From: Diplonema japonicum
Lineage: Eukaryota > Protista > Euglenozoa: Diplonemea
NCBI GenBank assembly: GCA_964019335.1
Contig: OZ025677.1
Span: forward strand, 62,001 to 126,000
DNA length: 64,000 nt
Reading direction: 5' to 3'
The translations under genes and the position numbers were made by a program. The notes below the pieces were generated by a model, which was given only the letters and a program-made list of their open reading frames with translations, had not been told where the DNA came from and made no database searches. Position 1 is the first letter of the stretch; the number at the start of each line of letters is the position of its first letter. Of the stretch, positions 1 through 11,785 are shown in pieces.

Positions 1-1755
1 TTTTCATAAAAAAAAGATGGAATGGAAAGATATTGAAGATCTGCGTTAAATGCGCTATTTGTATCCATCTGAAACCTCATAACTTCATCCCAGAACGGGG
101 TGCCGAGACACTGGGTAACACCAAAAATGGGCATTTTCCGGATTTCCATGATTTTTCCATGATTTTTTCCCTCTTTTTTTTTTTTTTTTTTTTTCCGAGT
201 CACTATGCCTTATCAAAATCAACATGCCAGCACACAACGGGAGCAGTTCCCGTCGACCTGCAATGTTCATATGGGTTAAATCCACCTCTCTACCTCAATC
301 CTCGTTTCTTTTTTATTTACCAGAACCGCGATGACGATGTAGTTATGGGTCCGGTTGGGTCCTACGAAACAGGTGGCCACCTTTCTGGAGAACGGATGGT
401 TTTTTTGATGCACTCGTTCTTCCGTCGCGTCCCAGTGGCCTCCCGCAGTCCGGCGGTTCAGAGGCTGGCAACGGTCCTGCGAGCAGACGCTGCTGCAGCG
501 TTCTACGAGCAGCAATCGCAAGCCTTGCTGCCTATGCCTCGCCGCCGTGCACTTCTTCTCCGCGTACATCACCAGTCCATCCACAGTCGCTGCTCACCGC
601 GGAGCTGGGTCGGGTACCGCGTGTCCCTGGACACCGAGTTCTCGCGGTCCAGGCGTAGTTCGCGTCGCTCTTGCACGCCGCCGCGTCCGTCGTCACTGTG
701 CACGTTGCGACCGGCTTGCACACGGGCGTCCACCGCCGTGTCCCTCTGGGCAGTCTGCATTCGGCGCCTTCAACCACTTCTCCCGCACGAAGATCGCTCC
801 ACAGGGCTTCGGGTCGCATTTGGTCCCGTCCCACTTGCACAGGAGGCTCGGGTCGCTCGTACAGGCCCTCTGGTCGATCGTCCCCATCGTCGTCGGGTTC
901 GGTCCCAGCCCGGGGTACTCGTGGTGTGCTCGTGGTCACACGGGAAACGGATGGCCTGGTGTGGAAACCAGCACTGGTGTGACGTTTGCAACCACCGATC
1001 CCAGACGGTGACCAGCATAACGGAGCATGCATGGGTAAAGAACGTATTGAAAAGCAAGCAGTACACAGAGTGAAGTGAGAAGGCCTCCCGTCTGCCACAG
1101 CCCACCACAGGATTTTCCCAAGCGAAAGTAGTTCAAAGCAAAGGAATGTGCCGGGATGGTGCAACAATACCTCCTAAAATTGTGACCGTCGTGACGCCAG
1201 AGCAGCTGGAAAAAGGAAGAGAGTGCTCACCTCCAACCCCTGGGATGACCCCCCGGGTAAGCGGAAGTCCAGAAATGCTCAGCACGATGCGGAAGGTCAG
1301 CCTTCCCGGCCAACGCCAAACCGAGAGTGCATACCTCTGGCACCTTGGACACAGCTACGGCACGAGGTCTCTTCTCCTCGAACCAAATTGCCTCCCTGCC
1401 TTGCACAACTCCATGTAAATGTTTCTCGCCCAGATGCCGTCCATCTCATTGCGACAAACAGTCACCGCAGGCACCAGAACAGTGAACACCCCCATGCACA
1501 CTGAGATTTTAGCGAGTTTCGCATGCATGATTTCCAGGAAAAGCAAATGAACTCATGGCATCCGGTCGATGCACCTCCATGGGTCGAAAACACTAAATAT
1601 TTAGTGGAATGAACGCAAATCTTTCAAATGCGTACCTCGAATCAAAAAATAACCTCAAGACTCAGCATGTTTGACCCAATGCCAACAAAGACCCAAAATC
1701 GAAAAATTTCGAAAATCAATTACCCCCCCCCCCCCCCCCCCTGGGCGTCTAAGGG
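1..1755 (+). mobile_element. piggyBac-family non-autonomous element carrying non-transposase cargo (left end outside window)
   Basis: 1-237 and 1558-1755 are homologous to the subterminal regions of the piggyBac at 53203-54668. It ends TGGGCGTCTAAGGG followed by TTAA (1756-1759). The interior (~240-1555) is GC-rich and shows no transposase motifs. Confidence 0.85.
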
Positions 1756-2015
1756 TTAAAGTTTTTTCTTTTTTGTTTAGGCAAAAGTTAAAAGACTCGT
1801 TCTTTGCAAAAAAAGAAAAGAATAAAAAAGAGAGAGAGGAAAAAAGAGACGAGAAAACTCTTCTAATCCCTTTCTTTGCCCCCCCCCCCCCCCCCCGCCC
1901 CTTTTTTTTGTCACATCAAGCTTCATCTTTGTCTCGTTTGTAAAAAAGAGACTTCAAAAAAAGAAGAAATATAAAAAAAGTTATACAAGTTCAGTGTTTT
2001 TTTTTTTTTTTTTAA

Positions 2016-3440
2016 CCCATAACACTCCAAGGCGCAAATATTTGTCGTTTTGAAAAATCGTTTTTTTCTCTAAGTACTTTTTCGTCCCCACGACCCCTGG
2101 ATCTCCAAGAACGACTATAGTGAGGAGTTATTTTCAACTGCAATTCATATTGCACTGCATCACTTTACCTTGTTATCCACCCACCAAGTGGGTCCCAAAT
2201 TCGAGTGGATAGGCGAAAAAACGCAAAATAACGGGTGTGCAGACTGTGTCCAAAAAACGCAAAGGTAAAGCCAAAACAGCTACGGACGAGGTCCAACCTT
2301 CATGGGTAAGGGAGTTGGTACCCATAGAGACCATAAAATAGGCCGGTGGGGGGGAAAAAAGCTGTCCCGTGGTACGCAGAAACCTGACGACGCAAAATGA
2401 TTATTCCTTCGGTTTTTTGATAAGAAGTTCACAGACGTCATCCAAGAAGAGACAAACAAGCATAAGGACGCTGAGATTGATAAGATTTCGACCCAGGACT
2501 CCACCGCTTTCTCGGATTGAGCATTATAATGGGTTTGCGGCGTGCCCAGAATTAGCAAACGTATTGGTCCACAGGACCCATGAAAATCCCCCTTTTCAGT
2601 AACACGATGCCCAGGAGACGCTACCATGAAATTAAAAGTAGCCTCCACTTCACTCACACAGAAGAGTCAAACGGTGATGTGTTGTGGAAGACACGAGGGT
2701 TTCTGGACAGAATTGGTAACAAGTAGGCAAAAACCACAGTGCCAGGAAAATATTTAAGCATTGACGAGACACTCGTACCGTCACGGGGCAATTGGGGGGG
2801 CTTGGGGTCTACTGTCCTCTCAAACGTAAGAGATATGGCATAAAAATAAACTGCCTAAACTGCGTGAGCACGGGTTATCTTTCGCGTTTTCACATCCACG
2901 CCACCAAAATCGAGGGGCACGCACTTGAAGATTTCAATGTCGTGGAAAAGGTGGTGCTGGGGTTAACGGGGAATTTTCGGGGAACGACAACACGGTAGTT
3001 TGCAATAACTACTTTTCGACTGTGGGTCTGGCCGAAGCCCTGTGAAAAAACTGTGAGGGGGCTTGCATTTCGTTGGAGTGTTGCGGACTCTTCTGGTGGG
3101 CCCTAGAAGTGACAATAGTTAACTGCCTTGCACTTTAAATAAAATATGGTTAGGGTTCAGCCAAAGAGATACAAAACCCTGGCTGCTTTTAAAGAGCGCT
3201 TTCGAGAGAGCCTAAATGATGGGTCCAGTGTTGCAAAAACACCACTCCCGGCACCCAACTAGTGGAGCACACACACCCGACACCCCAGATTACACCAAAC
3301 GTGACCACCAACCACTCAAAGGGGGCAACTCCAGGTTCTGCAGGTTGAAAGGATGACACAAAGCACACAATCTACAAATGCTACACCTGAAACCAACACC
3401 TCTGTCCAAATAAGTGCTTTTTTCGTACCACTCTTCCATC
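2016..3440 (+). mobile_element. degenerate piggyBac transposon (transposase pseudogene)
   Basis: TTAA|CCCATAACAC start. Frameshifted DDE_Tnp_1_7-type motifs LSIDETLVP, YCPLKRKRYGIKINCLNCVSTGYLSRF, NNYFST, LHFVGVLR, plus a C-terminal Cys-rich remnant (IYKCYT*NQHLCPNKCFFSYH, ~3370-3435). Right TIR not identified. Confidence 0.85.
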
Positions 3441-4082
3441 ACCCCAAAAAGGCCTCTTGACGATTTCGAGGCCGATATTCCACCCGCAAATAGGCACTTC
3501 TCTCGGTCTGAGACATCTGAGGGGTCCTGATGCTGCCTTTTTTGTCCCAAGATGCTCAATTTACACCCCCCCGTGCACAACCCATTTTGACATGGTCGTT
3601 TTTGAGCACCCTACGGCCATTCAACTCTTCATCCCCTTTGTATTTTTATTAATTTTTGAACTTTTTTTTTAATTTTCCTGGTCCAAAAAACCCGTTTTAC
3701 CTGCAAACGGGGGTTGAATGCTGCCATTTTTCCCCTCAGATTATGAAAAGGAGCAAAAAAGGGACGCATCGCTGGTGCACCCAGGTTCCTCAGGTAGTTC
3801 ATCGAGTTCAGCCGCATCCACACCAGAAAGCCCAGGGAGGCTGACATGATGGAGGACCGTCGAGCCTCTGGTCCCTTTATAGCCGCCTGAACCATACCAT
3901 GAAGCATAAGCACAAAACTGTACGACTTTTTTTTTGACTGCCCAGGTTGACAATCTGGGCCTCGGAATCTGATTTTCACGAGCGAAGCGAGGGAAAATCA
4001 CCCCCTCGGGACAGATTATCAGCCGCGGGAAATAAAGTCCACTTTATTTTTCATAAATCAATAGTTATTTTTTTTTTTCCCA

Positions 4083-5070
4083 TCACTCAGGCCTTCTTCT
4101 AATGGAGAATTCAGAGTCGTCCAGCGTCTTAGGGTCAGTGCAACAGAGCGTGTGGCCGTAGGCAGAGACGAGGGACGGCATCTGGTCTTGTTTGCGACCT
4201 TGCTGGAGAAGGGTGAGTTGGGTACCGCGTGAGGAATGGGGGTGCCTGGGCCGGCTCCCACCGGGCTTGAGCTGTATGAAGTGAGGAGCCTTCACCAGCG
4301 CCGTGACCTCTGCCTTGTGCATAGCGTTCATATCTGACGCGTAGTTTGTGAACCGTTGCTTCACACCTTTTATGTTGCTATCGGAAACCCTGTTCAGCAT
4401 TGCTATGTTGCAGCGCATCTGTGCCTTTACAAACGAGAGTTCCAGATCATGCTTCTGATCAACGAGGTGTTTTGCTTTGTCCAGCTGTGTGAGGCGCGCC
4501 GTCGATATCTTGTTGAGCTCTTGTTCTTCGAGAAAATCTACCTTCCGCTTGCACATATCGGATTCTGTGAAGTCCTTGTGGACCCTGAGCCGCTGCTCGG
4601 CGTTTTTTAAATCCCTGACCTGTCCGGACAGGACTATCGTTGCCCTTTTGCTTTTTTCCGTAAGGGTTGTTTTTGCCCAATCCGCGGTTTGCCGTTGCTT
4701 CTCGCTCAGCGTTTCTATTTTCCGTTCCCACGCGTTGCTCGCATTCTCTATGATCTTCTGTTTCTTCCCGATTTCCTGCGAGACGGCGCGGAACCTCGCT
4801 TTTTCCAAGAGGCTCCTCTCCCTTGCTTGCCGTGCCTGTTCCAGCGATATCCCGGCTGCCCGCCGATCGGAGACCTCTTTCTCTATCTCAGCTGTTAGTG
4901 TTTTTGCGTCAGCGTACTTTCTTTGAGAGATCTTCTGTGATGTGTAATTTTGATTTTGATTTTAATTTGATATGTAACCCACCCCATACCAGTTCCCGCA
5001 AGGCAAGTAGATGACCGAGTTTATCATCAGAACTTGATGATTCTCCTTTGCTGGTAATCGTAGATTCCAT
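4083..5070 (-). CDS. hypothetical coiled-coil protein (~310 aa), 2 exons: 5070-4990, 4934-4083
   Basis: ATG at 5070. The 55-nt intron GTATGG...CACAG (4989-4935) joins MESTITSK...LREL in frame to the 4083-4808 ORF. E/K/R/Q-rich helical composition. Confidence 0.75.
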
Positions 5071-5892
5071 TTTACTCCCTTTTTTTTTTAATTGGAGGGG
5101 TGAGAGTGAGTTTGTAGAGGTTGTACGGCACAACGAGAAGGGGGAAAAGAGGGGGGGGGAAAAGGAAGCAGAGGGGGGGGGGGAAGAAAAAGAGAGAAAA
5201 AAAAAAACAGAGTTATTTTTTTTGTGTGGGGGAAGTGAAGGAAAAGAAAGAAAGAAAAAAAAAAAAAACATGAGAAAGGGTGAGGGGAGGTTCGGGGGGG
5301 TTTTTTTTTTCAAATCTCATAACATAAAATACAAATTTCCCAGGGCTTTGTATTTGACCTTGAAAAGGAAAATAGAATGGACCCATCTTTCCCCCCCCCC
5401 CCGCCTCCTTTCTTTTTTTCTTCTTAACAGATAAAGAAACCTTGGGGGGGGGGGGGGGAGATCAAAAACAAAGATAACTCATATTTCAATTTTTCTTCTT
5501 CTTACATATTTTTTTTTTCTTTATTTCTCTTCTAATGTTCCTTTTTTTTTCTTCCTTCTTTTTTTTTTAAGCCACACAAATAAAAAAAAGGGTAACAATT
5601 ACTAGAATCACCAATTACTAGAATCATATCATTTCTTGCAGGGGGGGGGGGAAGAAAACGACAAAAAAAGAATATAAAATAAAAAGAAATTGTGCTTACA
5701 AGAGGGGGGTTTTTTTTCTAAAGAGAACGGAGTGAGAGGGGACAACATAATATAAATTTCGGGCATATCGCTATGGGGGGGGGGGGGGGGGGGAACTTCG
5801 CAAAAAGAAGAAAAAAAAAAAAAAAGTGGGGACACTAAAAAAAGGAAAAGGATACTTCATTCCACTTAAGGAGGAATTCTTTTTTTTTTTTT

Positions 5893-6129
5893 TCACACGA
5901 AACTTTTCGACCTTGAGAAAGACCGCGGGGATGCCTGCTGCCTTGACGAAGGACCGCCACGAGGCGAAGTGTAGCCATTTGTTGCATGGCTTCTTGGCGA
6001 CACACCGCCAAATCTAGGAGACGGGAGGGGCCCGGTTTTGTTAGACGAATACATTACACCCCCGTTTGACCATGTCCGTTGGTCAATAGTGTGAGAGCGC
6101 TCAAACGACTTCTGACTGAACTGCTTCTG

Positions 6130-6167
<38 letters not shown>

Positions 6168-9060
6168 CCCCACACCTCCGACCTCCCCGAAGGGAAAAAC
6201 CTAAATGACACAAACTGACGCAAATCCTCGTGATCAGACTCTTTCGCTTCGGCTTCCTCCTTCAGATCCATACTCTTTGCATGCATTTCGCTCAATTCTC
6301 TTGTAACAGAGTCATTTTCACTTACAAGCTGCTCCGCTTCCCTCTGTAAAGTCATGTTATGCCTTTTCAAATCGGATATCTCAGCGGACTTCATCCCGTA
6401 GACCTGCCTCGATGTACCCGCTGCTTTCTTCATTTCATCGATTTCGACAGCAAGGAGTTCGAGTTCATCGTGCATAATGCTCTTTTGCTGTTCCAGCTGT
6501 TCGCACAATTCTTTCTTTTTCTCCGCTTCGTTTTGTACCGAGTCGAGGCGAAGGCTGGAATGCCTGCAGCGTTCTTGTACCATATGTGATTCCTTTGCTT
6601 TTCTTTCAGTCATCATGTAGAGCGTGCTTTGGTGTTTCTTGTATTCGGTCTTCCTCAGCAGCAGATCAGAATCGGACACTTTCTTTTCCTGCTGTGCTTC
6701 TTTGATCTGTTGTGTGACTCGTTCCTCCCTGTCTCCTCTGTAGGAGTCTGTCTGCAGGTACTCCCTCTCTGCTCCCTTGATCCTGTCCTCAAGTCCGATG
6801 TTGTCGCGCTGAATATCACGCATGAGCTGCTTCTTCCATTCTAGTTCCAAGTGGGAGTGGCTGATCCTGTTGGAGGTGGCCTGCAGCTCTCTCTCCATCC
6901 GCTCCTTTGAGGAGCTGGTCTTCGTTTGTTTGAACGCCTTGTGGAAGGCCAGCGCAAACTGCTTCCTCTTCACCACAAGCATCTCCTGCCTGAACGCTTC
7001 TTTGCGGTCCTCCACCTCTTTGTTCGTGATCCTGATCTCTTCCTGCAGTTTTTTTTTTCTTTTGAAAATATTGCGTACCTGTAAAAATTTCTCGGCTTCC
7101 AGTTCGATCTTCTTTGTGAAGGCTTGCTTTTCAACTTCTTTCGCCTTTTTTTTTTTTTTTTTTTGAAAATAAATTTTATTTTGAAAGGGGGGAAAAAAAG
7201 AAATAATGGTTGGGGTACCTGTTCTTTAATCTGTTCCATCTCCTCGACTCTCGTCTCGATCTGCTTCATCTCGTTCTCGTGTTGCTCCTCTACGTTCTCC
7301 TCCTTGAGCTGCTCGATCTCCTTCTCCTTCTGTTGCTTCTCCCTCTCCTTCTCGGACACCTCTGTGTTGAGGACCTCGTTCATGCTGTTGATCGCTTGCT
7401 TGTCGTCGTTCATCTTGGTGAACTCGGTCTCGAGGTGGTCCAACTCTGTTTGCATGGCCATTGAAGACTCGGGGTTCATCGCTTCCTCTGATTCAAGTCG
7501 AATACGAAGCTCCTCCATCTCCTTCATCATGGCGGAGACAACTACAGATACCTTCTGCTCGTTCACACGAACTGTGTTGACGATAGCCTTGGCTTTGAGC
7601 GCGTACCGAAGAGTGTTGATGGAGTCCTCTCTGTTATATTCAGCAGGGGATACGGTGGCGATCATCATTGTTTTGGAGTTTCCTCCAAGAGACTCCGACA
7701 GGATCCACGTCAACATCGCGTCACGGTACGGCGGGACAACCTTCGGCTGCCCTTTTTTTTTCATCGAATTTTCGATCAACGCGTCGATAACACGGCGAAG
7801 CGTTCCCAACGAGAGGTTGATACGGGTGGCTTCTGTGAAACGGTCTCCTGCGGCACCGGACATTTTGATCCTTTCAGATCCTGCGAGATCGACTAGGTTT
7901 ATATGTGCGTATCTTTGAACTCCTTTGGCACGGTTGCACGCTTTGACACAGATTTGAAAGATGGCGTGGGATCTTGATGATGTTTCGTTCATTTGTGTGG
8001 CGGCTGTGGCGCGGTGCTCCATCCCGAAGAGCATGGCTTTCTTGACATCATCTGCGCACGTGATACCCTGCTCCTCACCAAGACGGTTCAACCCTTCCAC
8101 AAACGTCCCAACTGTCGGGGACTGCCTCACCCGGAGGGAATGGTACCCTGCGTTTTCATCGCTTGCGGCAACCATGCTGGCTTTTTTTGTGGGCGCGACA
8201 GATTTTCTTCTGGTGGGTGCAGCGTGGTTTCCAGAATTATCCTGGTCGAGTATTCCGCCTACAGTCTGACGGCGTTTTGTCAAACGGGAGTCTGGCGGGT
8301 TGTGTTCAGCAGAGCGGGGTTCCGCCGCCGCGGATTTCCTTCTTTTCGGTTTGTCGTGCGTTTTCGAACCGCCTTCCTGCGGGGAAGCTTCTAGTAGTTG
8401 TTGTTGTTGTTGCGGTTGTTGTTGTTGTTGTTGCTCTTCCTTGTCTTTAAGCTCTTTTTTGGTCGATGCCCGCCGGGATTTTTTCCTCCCGAACGACCCG
8501 CTCTCCGCCTCACCAAATAAATCCTTCACGTTCTCATTGTAAATCTCCATGAAACTGATCTCTACACTATACCTGTAACCCCCGAATTTCCTCTTGTCCT
8601 GCCCGATTTTTTCAAGCTCCGAAAAAAGGTTCTCGATAAGAAGCGGTGCGACTCCAGGATCGGACTGGGAGCCGAGCATGGTGTGGGTTTTTCCTGAACC
8701 GGTTTGTCCGTATGCAAAAATGCAGGTGTGATAACCCTTGAGGCATGCGGTGACAGCGGGCAAACCGGTACTTTCGAATACTGTTTTCTGTGATGCAAAT
8801 GGCTTTGAAACGTGGGTTTGTTTCTGCGAGGGTGGTATTGACCAAAACGTTTCGTGGAACTCGAAGGCTTCCTTAACCATGCCGTCGGGGTCTACAACGT
8901 CCACCCTGTTTTCGTGCATGCTGATGACAGAGATTGGGACGTCGTGGTCATTTTCCCTCTTGAGCTCCTTCGCCGAGAAGGGCCTCACACGAACCATGAC
9001 CTTGACTGCATCTTTCTCGCCTTTTCCCTTCTTGATCTCCTGGCCTTCGTCACGCTGCAT
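5893..9060 (-). CDS. kinesin (kinesin-3-like N-terminal motor plus long coiled-coil tail), multi-exon
   Basis: Motifs VRVRP, AYGQTGSGKT, NETSSRSH, LVDLAGSER, LTWILSESLGGNSKT. Phase-0 introns 7218-7145 and 7078-7043 link the motor ORF in frame to ORF 6161-7015. A third intron near 6212-6127 (boundaries ambiguous) links to an SPR-rich last exon ending at 5893. Confidence 0.93.
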
Positions 9061-9501
9061 CTTTTTTTATTTTTTATTTTTATTTTTATTTTTATTTTTA
9101 TTTTTATTTTTATTTTTATTCTTTTTTTCTATTTTTCTCTTTTTTTTTAAAAATATTTTTTCTTCCCCCTCCCTCCCCTCCTTTTTTTTTTGTTGTGCTG
9201 CGGACAATTTTTGGGATACAAAAAAAGCACGATTCCGTGAATAAAAATAAGTAGGGGGAGGAGGAGGAGGAGCGGGGGGAGGAAGTAAAAAAAAAAAAAA
9301 AAACGGGGGGGTGAGGGTGGGGGGGGGGGGAAATAATAAAGATCCTTTTTTTTTTTACAGGGAAACTATCGCCCCCCTGTAAAAATTCAAAAAAAAAAAC
9401 ATTTTTTTTTTTCTTTTTATGACTATTTTTTTTTGCTGTTGCACAAGCAAATAGTTTAACAAATTTTAACAAAAAAAAAAAAAGAAAAAATAGAAGAAAA
9501 A

Positions 9502-9550
9502 AAGCTGCGAAAGTTTTCTGTTTCCTTTTTTGCTTTTTTCTTCTTCTTCT

Positions 9551-9584
<34 letters not shown>

Positions 9585-9655
9585 CCTTGCTCGGCACAAG
9601 TTGCAATAGTCATAAAAAAAAAAATCATTTTGAAAAGATTTAAATTTGTAAAAGA
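9502..9655. repeat. partial copy of dispersed GTGCGCAC-core short element family (variant C; core absent)
   Basis: AAAAGCTGCGAAAGTTTT...TTGCTCGGCACAAGTTGCA...AATCATTTTGAAA matches 16740-17097 and 46735-46816. The internal T-tract is greatly expanded. Confidence 0.75.
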
Positions 9656-10934
9656 GAAATTATTCGAAAAAAAAAAAAAAAAAAAAAAAAAAAGGAATAC
9701 CATGACTCAGTTATCTCAGGGGCAGTCCTGATTAAGAGTGCGTGCGCCTGCCACCATTTTGCATATGAGCATCCAAAACTGATGGAACGGGCTTGTAAGA
9801 ACAAGAAAGTGAGAAACATGGAAAAAAAAGTGTCCTCCCACTGCGCCGCTTTGTGGTACCGCGGGTCAGTGGCAGTATCAGTGTAGCCACTGACGTCTTC
9901 TACGGGAGCACACCTCAACGTAGCGGTGGGGCAGCGAGGTATGCCGCAGCAAAGGAGGCCTATCTGCGTGATGAGAGTAACTAGCTTTAAGGGGAGGTGT
10001 CGTTACTCACCTTGGATTTGGGGCCCGAGGGCCACAAGTCTTGCTGCCCCCTCCCCCCCCCCAAAAAAAGGAAAAAAGGAAACAAGAGTGGACATTTCTT
10101 TTTTTTTTTTTTTTTTGTTCGTTTATTCTTTGAGATGAATAGTTGTCATATGCAAAGAATGTTCTGGCAGGCAAAAACGAAAGATTTCTTTTTTCTTCTT
10201 TTTCTTGCACCAAGAATAACATATCTATTTCTCCATTTTTTTTTATCAGGTCCCTCCTGTTGGATGTTAAGTGGGTTTTCACCTGGCAGTGCCGGGCCAC
10301 ATGATTTTTGCCTTTTGGGTGGGCATTTTCTGAAGTTACCCTACTAGGGATAGGGGTTCTAACATTTACCTCGTGCTTAAAAAAAAAAACTCGATAAAAT
10401 TTCAGTGTGCATGGGGGTGCTCACTGAAAAAAAAAGGGTCCAAGATTTAAGGGGGGGGGGGGGGGGGGGGCTTGATTTACTTCTTTTCTTTTTCATTATT
10501 ATTCAAAATACAGACACGGGTTTTCAAAACAAAACAAAAAAAAAAGAAAAAAAGTGATTAAAAAAAAGTTTCTACCCTGTTGTGCCGAGTAAGGATTTAC
10601 TTCTGTAGGGACTTCTTTTCATTTTTACCATTTTTCTTTTGATCAAAAGAAGAAAGAGAAGAAGGAAAAAAAAAAAAGAGACATTTAAGGGAACCGCTGT
10701 GGCAGGACACCTGAAGGGTCTCACCCATTCTCTTGATCGAAAAAAAGAAAAAGAAAAGAACCTCGCAAAAAAGAAGAAGAAAAAAACTAAACCCCGACAA
10801 AAGCACTTACCATATTATTTCATTTTCTTTCTTTCTCTATGTTTTTCCATTCTGTTTTTTTTTTTTTTTTTTTTTTTTTTTTTCCCTCAGACCATGTCAA
10901 AGGATTTTGATATTTTAGAAATTTGGGTGGAGTG

Positions 10935-11076
10935 CTAACTTGACCCTAAGTTTTCGAAATGCTCAAAGTCAGCCCTCCCATGTTTTTTTAAATGCCCAGA
11001 GGGGACTGGGTCAGAAAGCTTTTCCCTCTTAAAAGATAAACTTTTTTGCATATTTCGAACTTTGGGGTCAAGTTAG
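10935..11076. mobile_element. MITE-like element
   Basis: ~25-bp imperfect inverted repeats CTAACTTGACCCTAAGTTTTCGAAAT / ATTTCGAACTTTGGGGTCAAGTTAG. Confidence 0.6.
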
Positions 11077-11088
11077 TTAAAGATTATA

Positions 11089-11482
11089 CCCCTTCGTCAA
11101 TTTTTCTTTCGCTCACATAATGAACCCATTTCCCCTCCCCCTTTTTTTTTTGCATTGGGCGGAAATGCAATAAATAATAGAAATCTTTATGTTTTTTTTG
11201 GGGGGGGGTAATTGATTTTTTTTTTGTATTTTTCCTAGCATGGACGACAGGCAAAGGTGTCAAGTCTTGAAATCTGTGTTAAACACGAACAACACGAATT
11301 GATGCTTGTGCATGACTGCTTCTATGCCTCTTTAGGTCTAAGCACTGAAGGATCTTCATGAAACGATTTTGTGCCATCTCATGAAGAATTGGTATTTCTT
11401 TTGTCAGTATTTTTGTCGCAGATTAAATACTGACCGCAATTTTTGACCGAGTACGGGCGAGTGACTCAAATGACGAAAGGGG
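11089..11482. mobile_element. MITE with TA target duplication (Tc1/mariner-like)
   Basis: TA|CCCCTTCGTCA ... TGACGAAAGGGG|TA. The right end GAGTGACTCAAATGACGAAA is shared with the element at 55740-56045. Confidence 0.7.
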
Positions 11483-11785
11483 TATATAAAAAAAAGAAAA
11501 AGACCCCCGTTTCTGTACTAGTGCACTAGCACGATTTAATGAGCAAAATTCATAAAAATCGAGTTGAACCATGAATTCATTATTATTATTATTTTTTTTT
11601 TTTTTGGTAATAAAAGAGGAATCTTTTCTGGCGTCCCTTAGTGCTCAAACACCATTCTAAGTATGGCTTCGGCCATCTTTCGGGTAGACATTTCACCTCC
11701 TTCTTGTAAATAAAAGGGGCTTCCCTTTTTCTTTCTTTTTTTTTTTTTTTTTTTTTTATTAAAAAAAGGGTTGGATTTAAAAAAA

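Noticed and set aside
3073-3086. TTGGAGTGTT as right TIR of the 2016 piggyBac
   Set aside because: It lies within transposase coding sequence (LHFVGVLR), is not followed by GGG-TTAA, and transposase remnants continue downstream.
7124-9244. Long plus-strand ORFs opposite the kinesin (and similarly opposite the esterases, cyclases and retro-elements)
   Set aside because: Antisense shadows of GC-rich coding sequence with no recognisable motifs.
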